Positions 20,284 through 31,295 of a stretch of 32,000 nucleotides of DNA are shown here, one piece after another. Position numbers and translations under genes: made by a program. Below the pieces are notes generated by a model. It saw only the letters and a list, made by a program, of their open reading frames with translations. It was not told where the DNA came from and did not search any database. This DNA is from Zygophlyctis sp. KS116 (lineage: Eukaryota; Fungi; Chytridiomycota), in assembly GCA_054661495.1 (NCBI GenBank), contig BAAFSQ010000054.1:1-32000 (forward strand), written 5' to 3'. How positions within the stretch are numbered: position 1 is the first letter of the stretch; each line of letters opens with the position of its first letter.

Positions 20284-22592
20284 GAAATCCCCCCATGAAG
20301 CAAGTTTAGAAATTATTTCTCGCATTGAGTCTGACTCCTTTCCTGTATTTGACGATTTGTCCATTAGCCATCTATCCTATGTCGAGCGGTGTCTGGATCA
20401 AAAGATTCATGCATTGGCGATCAGAGACGATTTAGTAAATGGGCAAGAGCTACGACGAGAGATTGATGATTTCAAGGACAATCAAAAGATTATAACAATG
20501 ACGATTAAAGATTGTCAACTGCAGCAAGAGAAATTAAATGAATATCAGGAACAAATAAGCAGTGCGCAACAGAAACTCGCCAATCTAAAAACGCAAAGGA
20601 AGAAATTGGACATTTTAAGGAGTTTTAAGAAGGTATTATCAAAAATATTTAAGTTAGATTCAAGATGGTTTTGATCTGATTGATGAAAAGAGTGGGACAG
20701 GGGATTTATTAGGAGCTTCTCATGTTTTAAAGGATTTAGAACCACTCATTGAAAATATTAAGGATTCTAAATTAGAATCAGAGAATGATGTATTGGTAAT
20801 TATTGTAATATTTTAAATTTTTTAGGATAGATATAATCATTTAAGAAGTGGGATAAAGTATTCTTTAGATTATATGCTGGAAGAAGCATTCAACTGTTCA
20901 TTTACTCCTGCGCCAGTGGCAACTGCAAAGATTAGTATTAAAACTTCAATAGGTGTGATAAAAGAATTAATAGGATAGATTTTGGGCCAGGTATTCCTTC
21001 TTCGCAGACAGTTAAAGGGGCTTTAGATGCAATTCAGGCTGGTGATCAGTTGTTACGTCAAGTTTTTACTCCAATCTTGATGTGTAATAGTAATTGGGAG
21101 TTTGAAGAATCAAAAGAAAATGGATCAGTGCTTTTAATAACCGCTGAAAATAATTCTGATATGGATATTATACAGATTTTGGATAGAATACTTACATTTT
21201 TATCTATAGTATTGAAAGATTTCACTTCGTGTACAGATCCAAAAACTTCTTTTTTAACTCAGATTGGATCATACTCTTATGAAAAAATTGCATCTTTATT
21301 GATCAAGGAGTGGTTAATGCCACTCACTCCAAAAAACTACAAGGAATTGACTGATTACCCAGTTCAAATAGCAGAAAAATTTATGAATTTTGAAATCAAA
21401 TGGTCGAAAGAGTCTATATTTATTCCATTGGATGGAAAGTATTTAACAGAATACTTCAAAGATATTGTGTCTATATCGCTTAAGCAATGGCGCTCAAATC
21501 TTTTAAAAGAGGCGAGGGAAATTATTAATTCTAGTGATTATGAGTACGAAATTGTGTGCCCAAAAATGGTATCTGAAGCTTCATGTATTTTAATTCTTGT
21601 TTCTAAATTAAAAGCTGAAAAATATCCAGACTCAGAGTTTGATAATATACTGCAGTCCCCTAAATGTGCTATTAGTAAGCGTATAATTAGATTTGTTGAT
21701 TTGATACGGAAAACTATTGTAAATGCTAATTCAATGGACAAGGTCTGGTATATTATATTTCATCTTATGTTAGCCAAAAACATGTCTTGATAAGCTGTAC
21801 AAAAACATTTGTGCTGTACAGAGCTACAGTTCACAATCAGCGAACTGATATTCCTCTTTTGGCGCTGGTTTGTTTCAACGATTTAATGTATTTATCAAAT
21901 GAATACATGCTTTGTATTTTCAATTTTCCGTTTTGGTCGCAAGACTATAGCTTCCTGGATCAATGCGGATTATTTAGAGAATGCGGGCGTGTAATCTTCA
22001 AAAATGTTTTGGTACGCATGATATAATTTAAAATCTAGCACAAACAAAAATCAAATATCGATGAAATATTTTCTACAATAGTTGATTTTCAGGTGAGGAA
22101 GAAAAAACAGATCACTGGATTACAGGCTTTAGTGGAACAGTTGATTCACCAAGTCAACTCCATAGCAGAAATATTCAAGGCATGATTATTTAGCTAATTA
22201 TTTAGAAAGTTTTAAGTACTAGGATGTATTACAGGGCACTTGCAGATATATTAGACCATGTGTTTCAACGCTTTATCGATGGTATTTTAGATTTGCCAGA
22301 TATCACCACCGAGGAATCAAATCATTTACATTCAAACTTATCAATTTTTTTCCAATTTGATTCAAGATTTGACTCCCGCAAGGAAAGTATTCAACCATCT
22401 TTATTTACAAAATTTAAATTCATCGTAAATATTTTGGACATGAATATGGCAAATATCATGTTACATTTCGAAAGTGGTGAATTGAAAGAATTTTCTCTGT
22501 ATGAACTAAAACACTTGATTTGCGCACTTTTTGCAGATACGCCTCTTAGAAAGAAGAATCTTGGCTTGATTGAATCTCAATTGAAAGAATGA
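20273..22592 (+). CDS. ZW10: ZW10/DSL1-family kinetochore/NRZ tethering subunit; introns 20633-20657, 20796-20825, 20953-20978, 21748-21773, 22012-22038, 22180-22205 (GC-AG)
   Basis: FNDLMYLS and the C-terminal LPDITTEES...ELKHLICALFADTPLRKKNL are ZW10 motifs; N-terminal coiled coil. Confidence 0.85.
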
Positions 22593-23407
22593 ACTCTTTA
22601 GCAAGTTGATAAAACAATTCTTCCTTGAGTACACCATCATGCGATCCTTTAAGACTTTGAGTATCCAATTTAACATTTGTGATCCCTTCTAAATGCGTCT
22701 TGTAATCAGTTGTTTGTCCAACATCAAGTAACTCATCATTACAGCTATGAAGCAAAAGATATTGTGGAATCTTTCCCTCTAAATTCGATTTCTTTGGATT
22801 ATAAAATCGCGGCGATCCTTGGTTCCATACTGAAACATCTGCAGTGAATGCATCATTAACAAACCATTCGGCATAAGTTGGCCATGTATCACACATTAAC
22901 TTAATATCATAGATCCCCTCTAGACCAATAACGCCATTGATTCTCTTGTAAGTATTTTGGTCAATACTGATTGCCTTGAGCGCAATCAATCCTGATATTT
23001 GCGCACCCGCAGAATGTCCAATTATATAAAAATGCGGTTCAAACTTTAGAATTGATCTGATCTCTGGGGAATCTAAAAAACAAATTGCATCTGCAGCCTA
23101 TAAATCGGTTAAAATCAATTGTCAAGGTACATCCAAAGCGGGTGCAGGATATTTAGCTACATTTGATAGTCTATAATTGATGATTGCTATTGCGAATCCC
23201 ATCTCAGCAAATGATTTGCCCAAAAATGAGAAATCTGATTTATCTCCCATTCGCCATGCTCCTTTGATCAACTCGACAAAAGTTACCTCCATGTACATAA
23301 ATTAGCAAAGGTCCGGACAATACATTTTCTGGCAAGTAAATATCAAGTTTATTTTTAGCGTCGGATGGGTCATTAGACTGTTTAAAGACGAGATCATGAT
23401 AAATCAT
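22546..23407 (-). CDS. Alpha/beta hydrolase, kynurenine formamidase (BNA7/AFMID)-like esterase; introns 23262-23286, 23098-23130
   Basis: LDIYLP...LIYVHGG/AWR, INYRLS, GHSAG nucleophile elbow, NDELL (Asp), GSHD (His). Confidence 0.82.
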
Positions 23408-25630
23408 TGTTTTGTTTTCTTTTTTGGCAACAAACAAACCGTGATATGTTTATCAACATAAGTCCACGAATTCTCTGATTCAAAAATAAGAGGCCGTTTA
23501 ATATCAGTGAAGTTTATACGGCGATTAGAATCAAACTGGGATAAAATCTTACTGCAATCCTTCGAAGTATGCTGATTATCAGACATAACACATTCCTTCT
23601 TCAAATCACAATGTTGATTTACTCCGACATGATCAAAAGAATGATTAGCTAGCTCGTATAACCCATCATCTTGCTTTCGAGATGTTATCACAGGGGAAGA
23701 TCTCATTTTCTTGATCCTTGAGGCCTTTGCGTTATGCATGTCACGGTTCATGTGGGTCATTTGAAGTAAAAGAGTATCTCTATCAGCTACCAACTCCAAA
23801 ATAGATTTACGGTAATGTTCAATGACCTCTATATTTGCAGCTTCAGGAGCGAAAGTAGAGTTTTTAGAATTCTGATGAAGTAATTCCTCATTTAATTCAT
23901 AAACTTGAAGGGATAAATCAGAATTGATTCTTTCTAATGCATCGATTCTGGCATCTAGGTTAGCATTGTCTTGTTCTATATATTTAAGAGATAGATACTC
24001 ATTTTCCAAAAGTTCAGCTTCCATTTTTGCATCAAAACGTTGCGTTTGTGTATTTTCTGAAACAACTGTAGGATTTTCTAACAATTAGATAAAATGCATA
24101 CCGAATAAATTGCTGTTTTCAAGAATTTGTAAAATTGATTCAGTCTCCAACTCTAAGGGAGATCGAGGTGACATACTGGTCTTAGTAGTTTTGAAACGGG
24201 ATAGTTTGACAGACTTTTCAAATTTTTGAACACAAAGTAAATCACCATCTCCGTCTTTAAAAGATTCAACCTTTCCAAAAGTATCATTTTCTTCAACTGT
24301 GAAATTTTCATACTTTTCTGATATGATCATATCTTCAGGTGATTGAAGGGGAGAAACATCATCTGCTTTCATTACATGCTCTTTCAAATCGGTAAAAGAC
24401 GTTTGAGTAAGAAATTCGTGAGATGAAGGATATGCCTGAGTTGAACAACTTTTGGTATTTGCTGTATTGGACTGTGTAAAAACTGTTTTGTTGCTAATAG
24501 CTGTTTGTGTCTCCCCTGAGTGTGCTTCTACAGATTCAGTCTGCAAAGATACAGACTCCCCTGGCTTGATGTCCATATCATGATTTTGCTTATCTGTTTC
24601 TGTAAATGAGTCACTTGTTTCCAATGCTGAAAAGGCTAAAGCACGCGAAATAAGTAAATCGTCAGGATACGGACCATCAGTCTGCTGCAAAGTTTCATTT
24701 AATTCTTTGACAATCTCTATATTGGCCTGAACTGATATCTCTTCATACTCGGTTTCTGTGGTTTGAATCATATGCTCGTGAGTAGATGGATGTGCTTGTG
24801 AAGAGAAACTATTCTTTTCAACTGGCAAAACTTGAGTAAAAGATTCCACAACAGCAGGCTTTTGTATTTCTTCTGTTTGTGTCTCCCCTGAGAGTGCTTC
24901 TACAGAGTCAGTCTGCAAAGATACAGACTCCCCTGGTTTAATGTCCATATCATGATTTTGCTTATCTGTTTCTGTAAATGAGTCACTTGTTTCCAATGCT
25001 GAAAAGGCTAAAGCACGCGAAATAAGTAAATCGTCAGGATACGGACCATCAGTCTGCTGCAAAGTTTCATTTAATTCTTTGACAATCTCTATATTGGCCT
25101 GAACTGATATCTCTTCATACTCGGTTTCTGTGGTTTGAATCATATGCTCGTGAGTAGATGGATGTGCTTGTGAAGAGAAACTATTCTTTTCAACTGGTAA
25201 AACTTGAGTGTATGATTCCTTGAAATTAAATTTTTCCGTTTGAGTTTCTAATCATTAAATTCCATTAGTATACCAATATTTGTCAGTTTATCATATGAAG
25301 CAGCCTCATTATTCTGAAATTTAAATTCCCCTAATTGAGATAAATCAAAATCTATCAAATCTGTTTGTATTGAACCATCACAAGTATCAAATGCATCCAT
25401 GTCTTCTACCGATAATTCATTAATAGCTTTTATGAGATCCGAAACTTGTTCCAATGATATCCCGATTTCAATTTGCACCCTCTCTCTAATTTGCCTCTCT
25501 TCATTAAGAGCTTTTGTTAGATTTTTGATCTGAAATTCAAGATCCTTTACATAAAGCCGCTCTATTTTTAAGTACTGTATAGATCACCTTGAGTCATAAT
25601 AGTAAGATCAGTCTCACTCCAATAGTTCAT
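23404..25630 (-). CDS. Coiled-coil protein with a long acidic disordered region rich in xQT motifs and a 124-aa internal duplication; introns 25562-25587, 25248-25273, 24078-24101; start uncertain
   Basis: Three ORFs join in frame through 24-26-nt introns. N- and C-terminal coiled coils; SIQTD, ETQTE, MIQTT, SLQTD, ETQTA and LTQTS motifs. Confidence 0.7.
24501..25209. repeat. Intragenic tandem duplication, period 372 bp (24501-24837 vs 24873-25209)
   Basis: Two ~337-bp copies with about five substitutions; frame preserved (124 codons). Confidence 0.96.
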
Positions 25631-25949
25631 TTTGATCTGCACAAGAAAATTTGATCCTGAACTGTCTGTTTCATTGTAAAATATTCACCAGAAACATTCC
25701 ATTATATCATTAAATTGAATTAGCTTTAATGCATTGATGAGCCAACACATGCGGCTTATAGTACAAAGTAAATCGGACAATCATACTAAAACGCGATCAT
25801 CTTTGTGCCTGAGTTGATTTGAAGAATAGATGCACTAGTTTTTATGGAATGTATGAAATGTATAATTGATATCTGAGATCCATCATACTCTATATTTACT
25901 GATTCAACTCGAGTCAGGACTGAAACGTTTAGGCTGAGGCTGCAACAAA

Positions 25950-27125
25950 ATGCGAATGTTTCGACGATGGCAAAGTTCAACTGTTTTCAAATTGGCAGAA
26001 AATAGCTTCGACGTCCACAAATGTGACATGCCGCCTCTAGAGACTACTCTAAGTAGAACCCAGGCGCTTGATCTATACAAGACAATGGTTAATATTCGTA
26101 GGATTGAAACGGCATCGGATCAGGTAATTTATTTGACTCATCGATAGCTCTACAAAGCAAAGCTGATTCGAGGCTTTTGTCATTTATCAACCGGACAAGA
26201 AGCGGTGGCTGCAGGGATGGATGCTGCAATTACAAAGGAAGATTCAATAATTACTGCTTATAGATGTCATGGATTTACTTATACAAGAGGGGTCTCTGCA
26301 AAGGCTATTATTGCGGAATTGATGGGAAGAGTTGATGGATGTTCCAAGGGAAAAGGGTAATTACAGGTTTCATTAGTTTATCTCGCCGTAAATTTACTTT
26401 TTAGAGGTTCGATGCATATGTTTGGAAAAGAATTTTATGGTGGAAATGGGATTGTTGGGGCACAGGTTCCTATTGGGGCGGGTATTGCATTTTCTCACAA
26501 GTATTTGGGAAAAAAGGCAATGTGCTTTTCAATGTATGGTGATGGTGCGTCAAATCAAGGTCAGGTTTTTGAAGCTTTTAATATGGCAAAACTTTGGGAT
26601 CTTCCAGTCGTTTTTGTTTGTGAAAATAATAAGTATGGAATGGGAACTTCTGATAAGCGTCATTCTGCATCTACAAATTACTATACTCGAGGAGATTTTC
26701 TTCCAGGAATAAGAGTTAATGGAATGGATGTTCTTGCAGTTAAAGTTGGTTGTGAATTTGCAAGAGAATGGACACTTTCTGGAAAGGGGCCAATGGTCAT
26801 GGAACTTGTGACGTATCGTTATGGTGGTCATTCAATGTCTGATCCAGGAACTACTTATCGAACTAGGGAAGAAATTCAACATATGAGATCTACCCGTGAT
26901 CCTATCACAGGATTTAAAGAAAAAATTATTGCTTCTGAACTTGTGACTGATGCTGAATTAAAGAAACTAGACAAGGATATTAAGGCAGAGATTGATCAAG
27001 CAGTGGAAGAGGCTACAGCATCTCCAGAGCCAGGTTTAGATCAGCTATTTACTGATATCTATGTCAAGGGAACTGAGCCTCCATTTTTAAAGGGAGTAAT
27101 GTCAGATGATATTCATACTTTTTAA
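25950..27125 (+). CDS. PDA1: Pyruvate dehydrogenase E1 alpha subunit, mitochondrial; introns 26124-26147, 26357-26404
   Basis: [61 protein letters not shown]. Confidence 0.97.
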
Positions 27126-27152
27126 AAATAATTTTTTTTGATTACAGAAAAG

Positions 27153-30100
27153 TTAAGCAATTTCTTCATCGTCTTCCAGGGGGGTATAATTATTATTCCT
27201 ATGTCTTGTTAAAACTTGTTTGATAGCATCCAAAGGAGAATCTGTGACAGGAGATTCGTTTGGACCAAGATATATAGTAGAATCTTTGGCTTTCAATGAT
27301 GAGGGAAGATGCCGTGAGTCGTTAGAGTATTCTGGCTTCTTATATAATTTCAGCAAAAGTGATGATGTAACAACTGAAACAGAGCTCAAAGACATGGCGA
27401 TTCCGCTCAACATAGGAGGAACCTTTAATCCAAAAGGTACACCCACACCCATCGCCAGAGGTACCATTAAAGTATTACTATTCGTAAATGTAAACTGCTG
27501 CTTACTAAAATGTTGCAAATGCAAAATTAAGCCAAATCCTTCTCATTATTGTTTTTGATAAATCTATTGCAGTCACAACATCCGTCAAATCAGGTCGCAT
27601 CAAAACAATGTTCGCTGCATCTATTGCAACATCTGTTCCACCAGCGACAGCAATTCCAATATCTGCTTGTGCTAAACTCGCAGAGTCATTTAGACCGTCA
27701 CCAACCATAGCAACTATTCGACCTTCAGACTGAAGCTTTTCAACTATTTGCTTTTTTCCGGCAGGAGTAACGCCAGCATAAATATCAACAATATGACATT
27801 CTCGACCAATCATCCGAGCTGTTGATTCTTGGTCTCCTGTCACCATCAATACCTTGATTCCCATTTTCTCCAAGGATGAAACGGCTGCAGAAGCTTCCAG
27901 CCGAAGTACATCACTAACTGCGATCATTCCAGCTATTTCACCATTAAACGCCGCAAATATGGATGTTTGTCCACGGCCTGCGTGTAAATGAAATTTGTCC
28001 ATATGATCATCAGTAAGAACGATTTTGTTATTTTCCATGACTTTAATGTTTCCAATTACAACCGATGTGGAAATACTATTGATGGAATTTTTAACTATAC
28101 ATTTGATTCCCAGAGCGGGAAGATCTTCAAAATTTTGAACTTCGTAATGATAATTATGTAAAGTAATTTTCTCTGCATATTCCACGATTGACTTTGCAAT
28201 AGGATGCTTACTATTTTTTTCAGCAGTACCTACAATTGACAAGAGTTCTGTTTCAGAAAGAGTGCGAGATTTAAATAAAACATAAACAGCATCAATGCCC
28301 ATTTTCCCTGTAGTCAAAGTACCGGTTTTGTCAAAAATGATGGTATTTACTTTATGAGCTGTTTCCAGAGGTCTTCCACCTTTGATGACAATCCCCAAGC
28401 TAGCCCCAACTCCCGTACCGACCATAACTGCGGTGGGAGTCGCCAGACCTATAATAAGTAAAAGAATTCTTACCTAATGCACATGGGCAAGCTACAACCA
28501 CGACTGATATGGAGAAAATTAATGCATCGAAAAATGGAACGAAAAGAAGCCACACAGTGAATGTCAATATGGCCAAAACAATGATTGAAGGTACAAAATA
28601 TCCAGATATCCAATCTGCTAAATCCTGAACAGGCGCTTTAGAAACCTGTGCATCTGTTACGAGTTTAATTATTTGTGAAAGAGTGGAGTCTTCACCGACT
28701 CTTTGAGCCTTAACATGAAGAACACCCTACAGTCAATTTTTAAACGATATACCGTTAAATTCAAAGTACCGCCTATCACAATTTCTTTCTCAGATTTTGT
28801 CACGGGGAATGGTTCCCCGGTGATTAAGGATTCGTCGACTGTGCTTTCACCATAAATCACACTCCCATCAGCCGGGATCTTTTCGCCCGGCCTGACCTTC
28901 AAAACATCATTTTCTTCGATAAGATTTTGACCTATTTGTTTTTCTGTTTCTCTTCCTGATTCATCATATTCTATCAATGTTCCAAAAGCTGGAGCTAATG
29001 AAATAAGTTTTGATAGTGCTGAAGTGGTGTTACTTTTGGCAATATTTTCCAGATATCTTCCCAAGCTTACAAAACATATCAACATTGCACAAAGTTCAAA
29101 AAATACCGGAGTCGGGATTTTAGGCTTAAACACCACAGAATATATCATAGAAATCAGCGAAAAGGTAAAAGATAGTAACGTGCCCAGGGTAATCAATACA
29201 TCCTTAAAATATTAGAAAAATACTAAACTTACCATTGTATACACTCTATGCCGAACTGATTTGAAAGCAGCTTCGAAAAACACCCTACCAACCCCAAATT
29301 GAATCGGTAAAGTGAGTAGCACCAAAATTACATCTGTTAGTCGTAGTCCTGAAATTAAAGTATAATTATAGCTATTCGCAGATATTAGCATCGGTAGAAT
29401 CATTGTAATAAATGCAACTGGAATACCCCATACACAAGACATATAAAATGTATGCTTCCATTTCAAGATTTCTTTAGTCCTTTGTAGACTTTCTAGCTGA
29501 GCTGAAGGATCTGCATTATCTACAACCGCATCAAATCCTATATCTTCAATATGAGAAATTATTTTTCTAATTCCAAGTTTAGATTTATCGTACTCAAAAA
29601 CTCCACTTTGTCCAAGAAGATTCACAGAAACCTTTTTTATTCCTGGTACTTTTGATAATTCTCTTTCAATACTTGCTGAACAACTAGCACAAGTCATACC
29701 AAAAATTCTTAAGCAAACTGATTTTTTGGAATCCTCCTTCATGACTTTTGCTTCAAATCCAATTTCTTCAATTTTATCTACAATTTGATCCGGACCTATT
29801 AATGATCCATTATATCGAACTTCAGCACTTTGAGCTAAAAGAGAAACTGATACACCAAGAATACCATCTGTCTGCCTTAGACTGTTTTCAATTGAACTAA
29901 CACATGACCCACAAAACATCCCATTTACATTGAATCTACATATCCTTGATTCTGCAGTAATCGCTGACCTTTTACTTCTTAAAGTTTTCATTTCAATATC
30001 TTGAGAATTTGAATGATCAAACTCAAATCCAGGACTTTTTACCAATTTAGTACCTTGAATCGATGCATCAAATCCACAATCTTCAATTGTAGATATTAAT

Positions 30101-30696
30101 AGAGCCTCTGAAACCTTTGAAGTATCAAACGTAAATGTCCCTGTATTACTTGACAACGATATATCCATATCAGATACATCCATAAACTCTTCAAGACTCT
30201 TTTGTATCGAATTTACACAAGACTGACAAACCATTCCATTTATATCAACACAAATCGTCTTTCTCTTTTTAATTGGCTTTAAAGGTGAAACCTCTGGCGT
30301 TGGCAAACCTGCCAAAGACTTTAATGAAACAGAATATCCAGCATTCCCAATCATTTTTATAATCTGTTGCAGATCAGTAACATCCACATCATAAACAACT
30401 TGAATAATGCAATTATCTACTTGAGCTGATTGAATACCTGTAAAAGACCGAAGAGTTATCAAAGACGCAGAATCAATAATTCTATTTACATACAGTCGAA
30501 CACTTTGAGGAGCTACTAATAGTCCATAGCCGTGCAGTGCCTCTATAAGATCCCGATCATTAAGTATAGTATCATCATAACTTATAAACACATTATCAGC
30601 AACCATTTCTTTTGAGGAAATTCCAGGAAGAAATTCCAGTGCCTGATCAGCTTCATCAGTGGAGTTTAGTAAGAATACTGTTTTGTGATCTCTCAT
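27153..30696 (-). CDS. CCC2: Copper-transporting P1B-type ATPase; introns 29203-29232, 28727-28752, 28449-28473, 27478-27505; start 30696 or 30723
   Basis: GMxCxxC HMA domains x3, TGEP, ACPCALG/LATP, DKTGT, HP, GDGLND, YN and MSLSSVSVV Cu(I) signatures. Confidence 0.95.
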
Positions 30697-30784
30697 TTTA
30701 CAATTTAGAGCACTATTTCTCATACAATGGAATTTTGAGTTGGAATGACGCAGGTTGTGTGGCGCTCTAGCCTTGATCAAATGA

Positions 30785-31283
30785 TTATATTGGCTTCATT
30801 AATTGTAAAAGTAATAAAAACACAGCTGCATATAAAATAACTGTCCCTGATGCACTTACAATCAGCAGTATTTTAGCGGTTCTTTCATTAATACTTATAA
30901 TCCGTACCTCGCATATCCTATGGCCGCCCGTTGTTTACCTCTAATAATCAGCGCATCCACTTGTGCTGCATTGTATATTGCAAGTAAAGCTATCGGAAAC
31001 GTAATCTAGTCTTAAAAACAATAATTACAAGACAAAAAACACTTAGAAAGCTCACAATTATACTTTCTCCTAGATATGAATATATACTGTCAGAGTCAGT
31101 AGGAGATTCTGGTTCTGATGATCTATTATTAGAAAATAGTTCAGTAATTTGTGTAGCTATACGGTGTACAGCTCCTCCGTTTGAGTGTCCGCCGATTGAT
31201 GATGTACGGCGACGATATGATACAGGAGAAGCTGATACATTCCCTTGAGTAGACTCATCATTTAATAGAGGGGTGGTCTCCAT
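30785..31283 (-). CDS. CD225/dispanin (IFITM/PRRT-like) membrane protein; introns 31006-31028, 30882-30907
   Basis: Spliced C-terminus SYLGESIIVSFLSVFCL/ITFPIALLAIYNAAQVDALIIRGKQRAAIGYAR/TAKILLIVSASGTVILYAAVFLLL follows the CD225 pattern; N-terminal ETTPLL dileucine sorting signal. Confidence 0.75.
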
Positions 31284-31295
31284 GTAAATATGTAT

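Noticed and set aside
10291-29215. Short ORFs antisense or out of frame within CFAP54, EFHC1, ZW10, PDA1 and CCC2
   Set aside because: They overlap well-supported genes, several begin at non-ATG codons, and none has a recognisable domain.
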